The notes beneath the pieces are model-generated. The model was given only the letters and a program-made list of their open reading frames with translations, did not search any database and was not told the DNA's origin. From Eledone cirrhosa (taxonomy: Eukaryota): a stretch of 64,000 nt of DNA. The stretch covers positions 14,694,001 through 14,758,000 of the forward strand of contig OZ024744.1 in assembly GCA_964016885.1 (NCBI GenBank), given 5' to 3'. A program made the position numbers and the translations under genes. Positions within the stretch are counted from its first letter, which is position 1. The number at the start of each line of letters is the position of its first letter. This document shows positions 46,101 through 61,339 of the stretch, piece after piece.

Positions 46101-49100
46101 ATAAAACTGTCTCTTACCTCTAACATATAACACTGTCTCTTACATCTAACATACAACACTGTCTCTTACTTCTAACATATAACACTGTCTCTTCTAACAT
46201 ATAACACTGTATCTTACTTCTAAAATATAACACTGTCGCTTACCTCTAACATATAACACTGTCTCTTACTTCTAACATATAACACTGTCTCTTACTTCTA
46301 ACATATAACACTGTCTCTTACTTCTAACATATAAAACTGTCTCTTACCTCTAACATATAACACTGTCTCTTACTTCTAACATATAACACTGTCTCTTACA
46401 TCTAACATACAACACTGTCTCTTACTTCTAACATATAACACTGTCTCTTCTAATATATAACACTGTCTCTTACTTCTAACATATAATACTGTCTCTCACT
46501 TCTAAAATATAACACTGTCTCTTACTTCTAACATATACACTGTCCCTTACCTCTAACATATAACACTGTCTCTTACTTCTAAAATATAACACTGTCTCTT
46601 ACTTCTAACATATAACACTGTTTCCTACTTCTAAAATATAACACTGTCTCTTACTTCTAAAATATAACACTGTCTCTTACCTCTAACATATAACACTGTC
46701 TCTTACATCTAACATATAACACTGTCTCTTACATCTAACATATAACACTGTCTCTTACTTCTAACATATAACACTGTCTCTTACTTCTAACATTTAACAC
46801 TGTCTCTTACTTCTAATATTATAACACTGTCTCTTACTTCTAACATATAACACTGTCTCTTACTTCTAACATATAACACTGTATATTACTTCTAAAACAT
46901 AACACTGTCTCTTACTTCTAACATACAACACTGTCTCTTACCTCTAACATATAACACTGTCTCTACTAACATATAACACTGTCTCTTACTTCTAACATAT
47001 AACACTGTCTCTTACTTCTAAAACATAACACTGTCTCTTACTTCTAACAAACAACACTGTCTCTTACTTCTAACAGATAACACTGTCTGTTCTAACATAT
47101 AACACTGTATCTTACTTCTAAAATATAACACTGTCTCTTACTTCTAACATATAACACTCTCTCTTACTTCTAAAATATAACACTGTCTCTCACTTCTAAA
47201 ATATAACACTGCGTCTTACTTTTAAATATAATATTGTCTCTTACTTCTGAAATATAACACTGTCTCTTACTTCTAACATATAACACTGTTTCCTATTTCT
47301 AAAATATAACACTGTCTCTTACTTCTAAAATATGACACTGTCTCTTACTTCTAAAATATAACACTGTCTCTTACTTCTAAAATATAACACTGTCTCTTAC
47401 TTCTGAAATATAACTCTGTCTCTTACTTCTAACATATAACACTGTCTCTTACTTCTAACATATAACACTATCTCTAACCTCTAACATATAACACTGTCTC
47501 TTACTTCTAACATATAACACTGTCTCTTACTTCTAAAATATAACACTGTCTCTTACCTCAAACATATAACACTGTCTCTAACCTCTAACCTATAACACTG
47601 TCACTTACCTCTAACATATAACACTGTCTCTTACTTCTAAAATATAACACTGTCTCTTACTCCTAAAATGTAACGCTGTCTCTTATCTCTAACATATAAC
47701 ACTGTCTCTTCCTTCTAACATATAACACTGCCTCTTACTTGTAATATATAACACTGTCTCTTACCTCTAACATATAACACTGTCTCTTACCTCTAACATA
47801 TAACACTGTCACTTACTGCTAAAATATAACACTGTCTCTTACCTCTAACATATAACACTGTCTCTTCTAAGATATAACACTGTCTCTTACTTCTAACATA
47901 TAACACTGTCTCTCACTTCTAAAATATAACACTGTCTCTTACTTCTAACATATAACACTGTCCCTTACCTCTAACATATAACACTGTCTCTTACTTCTAA
48001 AATATAACACTGTCTCTTACTTCTAAAATATAACACTGTCTCCTACTTCTAAAATATAACTCTGTCTCTTACTTCTAACATATAACACTGTCTCTTACTT
48101 CTAACATATAACACTATCTCTAACCTCTAACATATAACACTGTCTCTTACTTCTAACATATAACACTGTCTCTTACTTCTAAAATATAACACTGTCTCTT
48201 ACCTCTAACATATAACACTGTCTCTTACCTCTAACATATAACACTGTCACTTACCTCTAACATATAACACTGTCTCTTACTTCTAAAATATAACACTGTC
48301 TCTTACTTCTAAAATATAACGCTGTCTCTTATCTCTAACATATAACACTGTCTATTCCTTCTAACATATAACACTGTCACTTACCTCTAACATATAACAC
48401 TGTCTCTTACTTCTAAAATATAACACTGTCTCTTACTTCTAAAATATAACGCTGTCTCTTATCTCTAACATATAACACTGTCTCTTCCTTCTAAAATATA
48501 ACACTGTCTCTTACCTCTAACATATACCACTGTCTCTTCTAACATATAACACTGTCTCTTACTTCTAACATATAACACTGTCTCTTACTTCTAACATATA
48601 AAACTGTCTCTTACCTCTAACATATAACACTGTCTCTTACCTCTAACATATAACACTGTCACTTACTTCTAAAATATAACACTGTCTCTTACCTCTAACA
48701 TATAACACTGTCTCTTCTAAGATATAACACTGTCTCTTACTTCTAACATATAACACTGTCTCTCACTTCTAAAATATAACAATGTCTCTTACTTCTAAAA
48801 TATAACACTGTCTCTTACCTCTAACATATAACACTGTCTCTTCTAAGATATAACACTGTCTCTTACTTCTAACATATAACACTGTCTCTCACTTCTAAAA
48901 TATAACACTGTCTCTTACTTCTAACATATAACACTGTCTCTTACTTCTAAAATATAACACTGTCTCTTACCTCTAACATATAACACTGTCTCTTCTAAGA
49001 TATAACACTGTCTCTTACCTCTAACATATAACAATGTCTCTTACTTCTAACATATAACACTGTCTCTTACTTCTAACATATAACACTGTCTCTTACCTCT

Positions 49101-52100
49101 AACATATAACACTGTCTCTTCTAACATATAACACTGTCTCTTACTTCTAACATATAAAATGTCTCTTACCTCTAACATATAGTACTGTGTCTTCTAACAT
49201 ATAACACTGTCTCTTACATCTAACATACAACACTGTCTCTTACTTCGAACATATAACACTGTCGCTTCTAACATATAACACTGTTTCTTATTTCTAACAT
49301 ATAACACTGTCTCTTACTTCTAACATATAACACTATCTCTAACCTCTAACATATAACACTGTCTCTTACCTCTAACATATAACACTGTCTCTTACTTCTA
49401 ACATATAACACTGTCTCTTACTTCTAACATATAACACTGTCTCTTCTAACATATAACACTGTCTCTTACTTCTAAAATATAACACTGTCTCTTACTTCTA
49501 AAATATAACACTGTCTCTTACTTCGAACATATAACACTGTGTCTTATTTCTTACATATAACACTGTCTCTTACTTCTAACATATAACACTATCTTTAACC
49601 TCTAACATATAACACTGTCTCTTACATCTAACATATAACACTGTCACTTACTTCTAACATATAACACTGTCTCTTACCTCTAACATATAACACTGTCTCT
49701 TACCTCTAACATATAACACTGTCTCTTACCTCTAACATATAACACTGTCTCTTACCTCTATCATATAACACTGTCTCTTACCTCTATCATATAACACTGT
49801 CTCTTACCTCTAACATATAACACTGTCTCTTCTAACATATAACACTGTCTCTTACTTCTAACATATAAAACTGTCTCTTACTTCTAACACATAAAACTGT
49901 CTCTTACCTCTAACATATAACAATGTGTCTTCTAACATATAACACTGTCTCTTACTTCTAAAATATAACACTGTCTCTTACCTCTAACATATAACACTGT
50001 CTCTTACCTCTAACATATAACACTGTCACTTACCTCTAACATATAACACTGTCTCTTACTTCTAAAATATAACACTGTCTCTTACTTCTAAAATATAACG
50101 CTGTCTCTTATCTCTAACATATAACACTGTCTCTTCCTTCTAACATATAACACTGTCACTTACCTCTAACATATAACACTGTCTCTTACTTCTAAAATAT
50201 AACACTGTCTCTTACTTCTAAAATATAACGCTGTCTCTTATCTCTAACATATAACACTGTCTCTTCCTTCTAAAATATAACACTGTCTCTTACCTCTAAC
50301 ATATACCACTGTCTCTTCTAACATATAACACTGTCTCTTACTTCTAACATATAACACTGTCTCTTACTTCTAACATATAAAACTGTCTCTTACCTCTAAC
50401 ATATAACACTGTCTCTTACCTCTAACATATAACACTGTCACTTACTTCTAAAATATAACACTGTCTCTTACCTCTAACATATAACACTGTCCCTTCTAAG
50501 ATATAACACTGTCTCTTACTTCTAACATATAACACTGTCTCTCACTTCTAAAATATAACAATGTCTCTTACTTCTAAAATATAACACTGTCTCTTACCTC
50601 TAACATATAACACTGTCTCTTCTAAGATATAACACTGTCTCTTACTTCTAACATATAACACTGTCTCTCACTTCTAAAATATAACACTGTCTCTTACTTC
50701 TAACATATAACACTGTCTCTTACTTCTAAAATATAACACTGTCTCTTACCTCTAACATATAACACTGTCTCTTCTAAGATATAACACTGTCTCTTACCTC
50801 TAACATATAACAATGTCTCTTACTTCTAACATATAACACTGTCTCTTACTTCTAACATATAACACTGTCTCTTACCTCTAACATATAACACTGTCTCTTC
50901 TAACATATAACACTGTCTCTTACTTCTAACATATAAAATGTCTCTTACCTCTAACATATAGTACTGTGTCTTCTAACATATAACACTGTCTCTTACATCT
51001 AACATACAACACTGTCTCTTACTTCGAACATATAACACTGTCGCTTCTAACATATAACACTGTTTCTTATTTCTAACATATAACACTGTCTCTTACTTCT
51101 AACATATAACACTATATCTAACCTCTAACATATAACACTGTCTCTTACCTCTAACATATAACACTGTCTCTTACTTCTAACATATAACACTGTCTCTTAC
51201 TTCTAACATATAACACTGTCTCTTCTAACATATAACACTGTCTCTTACTTCTAAAATATAACACTGTCTCTTACTTCTAAAATATAAGACTGTCTCTTAC
51301 TTCGAACATATAACACTGTGTCTTATTTCTTACATATAACACTGTCTCTTACTTCTAACATATAACACTATCTTTAACCTCTAACATATAACACTGTCTC
51401 TTACATCTAACATATAACACTGTCACTTACTTCTAACATATAACACTGTCTCTTACCTCTAACATATAACACTGTCTCTTACCTCTAACATATAACACTG
51501 TCTCTTACCTCTAACATATAACACTGTCTCTTACCTCTATCATATAACACTGTCTCTTACCTCTATCATATAACACTGTCTCTTACCTCTAACATATAAC
51601 ACTGTCTCTTCTAACATATAACACTGTCTCTTACTTCTAACATATAAAACTGTCTCTTACTTCTAACACATAAAACTGTCTCTTACCTCTAACATATAAC
51701 AATGTGTCTTCTAACATATAACACTGTCTCTTACTTCTAAAATATAACACTGTCTCTTACCTCTAACATATAACACTGTCTCTTACCTCTAACATATAAC
51801 ACTGTCACTTACCTCTAACATATAACACTGTCTCTTACTTCTAAAATATAACACTGTCTCTTACTTCTAAAATATAACGCTGTCTCTTATCTCTAACATA
51901 TAACACTGTCTCTTCCTTCTAACATATAACACTGTCACTTACCTCTAACATATAACACTGTCTCTTACTTCTAAAATATAACACTGTCTCTTACTTCTAA
52001 AATATAACGCTGTCTCTTATCTCTAACATATAACACTGTCTCTTCCTTCTAAAATATAACACTGTCTCTTACCTCTAACATATACCACTGTCTCTTCTAA

Positions 52101-55100
52101 CATATAACACTGTCTCTTACTTCTAACATATAACACTGTCTCTTACTTCTAACATATAAAACTGTCTCTTACCTCTAACATATAACACTGTCTCTTACCT
52201 CTAACATATAACACTGTCACTTACTTCTAAAATATAACACTGTCTCTTACCTCTAACATATAACACTGTCCCTTCTAAGATATAACACTGTCTCTTACTT
52301 CTAACATATAACACTGTCTCTCACTTCTAAAATATAACAATGTCTCTTACTTCTAAAATATAACACTGTCTCTTACCTCTAACATATAACACTGTCTCTT
52401 CTAAGATATAACACTGTCTCTTACTTCTAACATATAACACTGTCTCTCACTTCTAAAATATAACACTGTCTCTTACTTCTAACATATAACACTGTCTCTT
52501 ACTTCTAAAATATAACACTGTCTCTTACCTCTAACATATAACACTGTCTCTTCTAAGATATAACACTGTCTTTTACCTCTAACATATAACAATGTCTCTT
52601 ACTTCTAACATATAACACTGTCTCTTACTTCTAACATATAACACTGTCTCTTACCTCTAACATATAACACTGTCTCTTCTAACATATAACACTGTCTATT
52701 ACTTCTAACATATAAAATGTCTCTTACCTCTAACATATAGTACTGTGTCTTCTAACATATAACACTGTCTCTTACATCTAACATACAACACTGTCTCTTA
52801 CTTCGAACATATAACACTGTCGCTTCTAACATATAACACTGTTTCTTATTTCTAACATATAACACTGTCTCTTACTTCTAACATATAACACTATCTCTAA
52901 CCTCTAACATATAACACTGTCTCTTACCTCTAACATATAACACTGTCTCTTACTTCTAACATATAACACTGTCTCTTACTTCTAAAATATAACACTGTCT
53001 CTTCTAACATATAACATTGTCTCTTACTTCTAAAATATAACACTGTCTCTTACTTCTAAAATATAACACTGCCTCTTACTTCGAACATATAACACTGTGT
53101 CTTATTTCTTACATATAACACTGTCTCTTACTTCTAACATATAACACTATCTTTAACCTCTAACATATAACACTGTCTCTTACATCTAACATATAACACT
53201 GTCACTTACTTCTAACATATAACACTGTCTCTTACCTCTAACATATAACACTGTCTCTTACCTCTAACATATAACACTGTCTCTTACCTCTAACATATAA
53301 CACTGTCTCTTACCTCTATCATATAACACTGTCTCTTACCTCTATCATATAACACTGTCTCTTACCTCTAACATATAACACTGTCTCTTCTAACATATAA
53401 CACTGTCTCTTACTTCTAACATATAAAACTGTCTCTTACTTCTAACACATAAAACTGTCTCTTACCTCTAACATATAACAATGTGTCTTCTAACATATAA
53501 CACTGTCTCTTACTTCTAAAATATAACACTGTCTCTTACCTCTAACATATAACACTGTCTCTTACCTCTAACATATAACACTGTCACTTACCTCTAACAT
53601 ATAACACTGTCTCTTACTTCTAAAATATAACACTGTCTCTTACTTCTAAAATATAACGCTGTCTCTTATCTCTAACATATAACACTGTCTCTTCCTTCTA
53701 ACATATAACACTGTCACTTACCTCTAACATATAACACTGTCTCTTACTTCTAAAATATAACACTGTCTCTTACTTCTAAAATATAACGCTGTCTCTTATC
53801 TCTAACATATAACACTGTCTCTTCCTTCTAAAATATAACACTGTCTCTTACCTCTAACATATACCACTGTCTCTTCTAACATATAACACTGTCTCTTACT
53901 TCTAACATATAACACTGTCTCTTACTTCTAACATATAAAACTGTCTCTTACCTCTAACATATAACACTGTCTCTTACCTCTAACATATAACACTGTCACT
54001 TACTTCTAAAATATAACACTGTCTCTTACCTCTAACATATAACACTGTCCCTTCTAAGATATAACACTGTCTCTTACTTCTAACATATAACACTGTCTCT
54101 CACTTCTAAAATATAACAATGTCTCTTACTTCTAAAATATAACACTGTCTCTTACCTCTAACATATAACACTGTCTCTTCTAAGATATAACACTGTCTCT
54201 TACTTCTAACATATAACACTGTCTCTCACTTCTAAAATATAACACTGTCTCTTACTTCTAACATATAACACTGTCTCTTACTTCTAAAATATAACACTGT
54301 CTCTTACCTCTAACATATAACACTGTCTCTTCTAAGATATAACACTGTCTCTTACCTCTAACATATAACAATGTCTCTTACTTCTAACATATAACACTGT
54401 CTCTTACTTCTAACATATAACACTGTCTCTTACCTCTAACATATAACACTGTCTCTTCTAACATATAACACTGTCTATTACTTCTAACATATAAAATGTC
54501 TCTTACATCTAACATACAACACTGTCTCTTACTTCGAACATATAACACTGTCGCTTCTAACATATAACACTGTTTCTTATTTCTAACATATAACACTGTC
54601 TCTTACTTCTAACATATAACACTATCTCTAACCTCTAACATATAACACTGTCTCTTACCTCTAACATATAACACTGTCTCTTACTTCTAACATATAACAC
54701 TGTCTCTTACTTCTAACATATAACACTGTCTCTTCTAACATATAACACTGTCTCTTACCTCTAACATATAACACTGTCTCTTACTTCTAACATATAACAC
54801 TGTCTCTTACTTCTAACATATAACACTGTCTCTTACTTCTAACATACAACACTGTCTCTTACTTCGAACATATAACACTGTCGCTTCTAACATATAACAC
54901 TGTTTCTTATTTCTAACATATAACACTGTCTCTTACTTCTAACATATAACACTATCTCTAACCTCTAACATATAACACTGTCTCTTACCTCTAACATATA
55001 ACACTGTCTCTTACTTCTAACATATAACACTGTCTCTTACTTCTAACATATAACACTGTCTCTTCTAACATATAACACTGTCTCTTACCTCTAACATATA

Positions 55101-58100
55101 ACACTGTCTCTTACTTCTAACATATAACACTGTCTCTTACTTCTAACATATAACACTGTCTCTTACTTCTAACATATAACACTGTCTCTCACTTCTAAAA
55201 TATAACACTGTCTCTTACTTCTAACATATACACTGTCCCTTACCTCTAACATATAACACTGTCTCTTACTTCTAAAATATAACACTGTCTCTTACTTCTA
55301 ACATATAACACTGTTTCCTACTTCTAAAATATAACACTGTCTCTTACTTCTAAAATATAACACTGTCTCTTACCTCTAACATATAACACTGTCTCTTACA
55401 TCTAATATATAACACTGTCTCTTACCTCTAACATATAACACTGTCTCTTACCTCTAATATATAACACTGTCTCTTACCTCTAACATATAACACTGTATCT
55501 TACTTCTAAAATATAACACTGTCTCTTACTTCTAAAATATAACACTGTCTCTTACTTCTAAAATATAACTCTGTCTCTTACTCCTAAAATATAACGCTGT
55601 CTCTTATCTCTAACATATAACACTGTCTCTTCCTTCTAACATATAACACTGCCTCTTACTTGTAATATATAACACTGTCTCTTACCTCTAACATATAACA
55701 CTGTCTCTTATTTCTAAAATATAACACTGTCTCTTACTTCCAACATATAACACTGTCTCTTACCTCTAACATATAACACTGTCTCTTACCTCTAACATAT
55801 AACACTGTCACTTACTTCTAAAATATAACACTGTTTCTTACCTCTAACATATAACACTGTCTCTTCTAAGATATAACACTGTCTCTTACTTCTAACATAT
55901 AACACTGTCTCTCACTTCTAAAATATAACACTGTCTCTTACTTCTAAAATATAACACTGTCTCTTACTTCTAACATATAACACTGTCTCTTACTTCTAAC
56001 ATATAACACTGTCTATTACTTCTAAATCATAACACAGTCTCTTACTTCTAACATATAACACTGTCTCTTACTTCTAAGATACAACACTGTCTTTTACTTC
56101 TAACATATAACACTGTCTATTACTTCTAACATATAACACTCTCTCTTACTTCTAACATATAACACTGTCTCTTATCTCTAACATATAACACTCACTGTCT
56201 CTTACTTCTAACATATAACACTGTCTCTTACCTCTAACATATAACACTGTCTCTTACCTCTAACATATAACACTGTCTCTTACCTCTAATATATAACACA
56301 GTCTCTTACCTCTAACATATAACACTGTCTCTTACATCTAACATATAACACTGTCTCTTACTTCTAACATATAACACTGTCTCTTACCTCTAATATATAA
56401 CACTGTCTCTTACCTCTAACATATAACACTGTCTCTTACATCTAACATATAACACTGTCTCTTACTTCTAACATATAACACTGTCTCTTACCTCTAACAT
56501 ATAACACTGTCTCTTACATCTAACACTGTCTCTTACAACTAACATATAACACTGTCTCTTTCTTCTAACATATAACACTGTCTCTTACCTCTAACATATA
56601 ACACTGTCTCTTACCTCTAACATTTAACACTGTCTCTTACCTCTAATATATAACACTGTCTCTTACCTCTAACATATAACACTGTCTCTTACTTCTAACA
56701 TATAACACTGTATCTTACTTCTAACATATAACACTGTCTCTTACTTCTAACATATAACACTGTCTCTTACTTCTAACATATAAAACTGTCTCTTACCTCT
56801 AACATATAACACTGTCTCTTACATCTAACATAAAACACTGTCTCTTACTTCTAACATATAACACTGTCTCTTCTAACATATAACACTGTATCTTACTTCT
56901 AAAATATAACACTGTCTCTTACCTCTAACATATAACACTGTCTCTTACTTCTAACATATAACACTGTCTCTTACTTCTAACATATAACACTGTCTCTTAC
57001 TTCTAACATATAAAACTGTCTCTTACCTCTAACATATAACACTGTCTCTTACTTCTAACATATAACACTGTCTCTTACATCTAACATACAACACTGTCTC
57101 TTACTTCTAACATATAACACTGTCTCTTCTAAGATATAACACTGTCTCTTACTTCTAACATATAACACTATCTCTCACTTCTAAAATATAACACTGTCTC
57201 TTACTTCTAACATATACACTGTCCCTTACCTCTAACATTTAACACTGTCTCTTACTTCTAATATTATAAAACTGTCTCTTACTTCTAACATATAACACTG
57301 TCTCTTACTTCTAACATATAACACTGTATATTACTTTTAAAACATAACACTGTCTCTTACTTCTAACATACAACACTGTCTCTTACTTCTAACATATAAC
57401 ACTGTCTCTACTAACATATAACACTGTCTCTTACTTCTAACATATAACACTGTTTCTTACTTCTAAAATATAACACTGTCTCTTACCTCAAACATATAAC
57501 ACTGTCTCTTACCTCTAACCTATAACACTGTCACTTACTTCTAACATATAACACTGTCTATTACTTCTAACATATAACACTGTTTCCTACTTCTAAAATA
57601 TAACACTGTCTCTTACTTCTAAAATATAACACTGTCTCTTACCTCTAACATATAACACTGTCTCTTACATCTAACATATAACACTGTCTCTTACATCTAA
57701 CATATAACACTGTCTCTTACTTCTAACATATAACACTGTCTCTTACTTCTAACATTTAACACTGTCTCTTACTTCTAATATTATAACACTGTCTCTTACT
57801 TCTAACATATAACACTGTCTCTTACTTCTAACATATAACACTGTATATTACTTCTAAAACATAACACTGTCTCTTACTTCTAACATACAACACTGTCTCT
57901 TACCTCTAACATATAACACTGTCTCTACTAACATATAACACTGTCTCTTACTTCTAACATATAACACTGTCTCTTACTTCTAACATATAACACTGTCTAT
58001 TACTTCTAAAACATAACACTGTCTCTTACTTCTAACAAACAACACTGTCTCTTACTTCTAACAGATAACACTGTCTGTTCTAACATATAACACTGTATCT

Positions 58101-61100
58101 TACTTCTAAAATATAACACTGTCTCTTACTTCTAACATATAACACTCTCTCTTACTTCTAAAATATAACACTGTCTCTCACTTCTAAAATATAACACTGC
58201 GTCTTACTTTTAAATATAATATTGTCTCTTACTTCTGAAATATAACACTGTCTCTTACTTCTAACATATAACACTGTTTCCTATTTCTAAAATATAACAC
58301 TGTCTCTTACTTCTGAAATATAACTCTGTCTCTTACTTCTAACATATAACACTGTCTCTTACTTCTAACATATAACACTATCTCTAACCTCTAACATATA
58401 ACACTGTCTCTTACTTCTAACATATAACACTGTCTCTTACTTCTAAAATATAACACTGTCTCTTACCTCAAACATATAACACTGTCTCTAACCTCTAACC
58501 TATAACACTGTCACTTACCTCTAACATATAACACTGTCTCTTACTTCTAAAATATAACACTGTCTCTTACTCCTAAAATGTAACGCTGTCTCTTATCTCT
58601 AACATATAACACTGTCTCTTCCTTCTAACATATAACACTGCCTCTTACTTGTAATATATAACACTGTCTCTTACCTCTAACATATAACACTGTCTCTTAC
58701 CTCTAACATATAACACTGTCACTTACTGCTAAAATATAACACTGTCTCTTACCTCTAACATATAACACTGTCTCTTCTAAGATATAACACTGTCTCTTAC
58801 TTCTAACATATAACACTGTCTCTCACTTCTAAAATATAACACTGTCTCTTACTTCTAACATATAACACTGTCCCTTACCTCTAACATATAACACTGTCTC
58901 TTACTTCTAAAATATAACACTGTCTCTTACTTCTAAAATATAACACTGTCTCCTACTTCTAAAATATAACTCTGTCTCTTACTTCTAACATATAACACTG
59001 TCTCTTACTTCTAACATATAACACTATCTCTAACCTCTAACATATAACACTGTCTCTTACTTCTAACATATAACACTGTCTCTTACTTCTAAAATATAAC
59101 ACTGTCTCTTACCTCAAACATATAACACTGTCTCTAACCTCTAACCTATAACACTGTCACTTACCTCTAACATATAACACTGTCTCTTACTTCTAAAATA
59201 TAACACTGTCTCTTACTCCTAAAATGTAACGCTGTCTCTTATCTCTAACATATAACACTGTCTCTTCCTTCTAACATATAACACTGCCTCTTACTTGTAA
59301 TATATAACACTGTCTCTTACCTCTAACATATAACACTGTCTCTTACCTCTAACATATAACACTGTCACTTACTGCTAAAATATAACACTGTCTCTTACCT
59401 CTAACATATAACACTGTCTCTTCTAAGATATAACACTGTCTCTTACTTCTAACATATAACACTGTCTCTCACTTCTAAAATATAACACTGTCTCTTACTT
59501 CTAACATATAACACTGTCCCTTACCTCTAACATATAACACTGTCTCTTACTTCTAAAATATAACACTGTCTCTTACTTCTAAAATATAACACTGTCTCCT
59601 ACTTCTAAAATATAACTCTGTCTCTTACTTCTAACATATAACACTGTCTCTTACTTCTAACATATAACACTATCTCTAACCTCTAACATATAACACTGTC
59701 TCTTACTTCTAACATATAACACTGTCTCTTACTTCTAAAATATAACACTGTCTCTTACCTCTAACATATAACACTGTCTCTTACCTCTAACATATAACAC
59801 TGTCACTTACCTCTAACATATAACACTGTCTCTTACTTCTAAAATATAACACTGTCTCTTACTTCTAAAATATAACGCTGTCTCTTATCTCTAACATATA
59901 ACACTGTCTCTTCCTTCTAACATATAACACTGTCACTTACCTCTAACATATAACACTGTCTCTTACTTCTAAAATATAACACTGTCTCTTACTTCTAAAA
60001 TACAACGCTGTCTCTTATCTCTAACATATAACACTGTCTCTTCCTTCTAAAATATAACACTGTCTCTTACCTCTAACATATACCACTGTCTCTTCTAACA
60101 TATAACACTGTCTCTTACTTCTAACATATAACACTGTCTCTTACTTCTAACATATAAAACTGTCTCTTACCTCTAACATATAACACTGTCTCTTACCTCT
60201 AACATATAACACTGTCACTTACTTCTAAAATATAACACTGTCTCTTACCTCTAACATATAACACTGTCCCTTCTAAGATATAACACTGTCTCTTACTTCT
60301 AACATATAACACTGTCTCTCACTTCTAAAATATAACAATGTCTCTTACTTCTAAAATATAACACTGTCTCTTACCTCTAACATATAACACTGTCTCTTCT
60401 AAGATATAACACTGTCTCTTACTTCTAACATATAACACTGTCTCTCACTTCAAAAATATAACACTGTCTCTTACTTCTAACATATAACACTGTCTCTTAC
60501 TTCTAAAATATAACACTGTCTCTTACCTCTAACATATAACACTGTCTCTTCTAAGATATAACACTGTCTCTTACCTCTAACATATAACAATGTCTCTTAC
60601 TTCTAACATATAACACTGTCTCTTACTTCTAACATATAACACTGTCTCTTACCTCTAACATATAACACTGTCTCTTCTAACATATAACACTGTCTCTTAC
60701 TTCTAACATATAAAATGTCTCTTACCTCTAACATATAGTACTGTGTCTTCTAACATATAACACTGTCTCTTACATCTAACATACAACACTGTCTCTTACT
60801 TCGAACATATAACACTGTCGCTTCTAACATATAACACTGTTTCTTATTTCTAACATATAACACTGTCTCTTACTTCTAACATATAACACTATCTCTAACC
60901 TCTAACATATAACACTGTCTCTTACCTCTAACATATAACACTGTCTCTTACTTCTAACATATAACACTGTCTCTTACTTCTAACATATAACACTGTCTCC
61001 TAATTCTAAAATATAACACTGTCTCTTACTTCTAAAATATAACACTGTCTCTTACTTCTAAAATATAACACTGTCTCTTACTTCTAACATATAACACTGT

Positions 61101-61339
61101 CTCTTACTTCTAACATATAACACTATCTCTAACCTCTAACATATAACACTGTCTCTTACTTCTAACATATAACACTGTCTCTTACTTCTAAAATATAACA
61201 CTGTCTCTTACCTCAAACATATAACACTGTCTCTTATCTCTAACATATAACACTGTCTCTTACCTCTAACATATAACACTGTCTCTTATTTCTAAAATAT
61301 AACACTGTCTCTTACTTCCAACATATAACACTGTCTCTT
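37189..61339 (+). repeat. Copy B (24,151 bp) of the large tandem duplication
   Basis: Same landmark series as copy A. The match ends at 37189/61340. The length balances: 23088 - 716 + 1779 = 24151. Confidence 0.9.
49180..54510 (+). repeat. Three tandem units of the 1779-bp (70-monomer) HOR
   Basis: TAGTACT at 49180, 50959 and 52738, each exactly 1779 apart. Confidence 0.92.

Noticed and set aside
21857-54596. Four 70-aa minus-strand ORFs as protein-coding genes
   Set aside because: They are translations of the satellite (MLYVR/RQCYMLE periodicity). They are identical because of block duplications and have no genic context.
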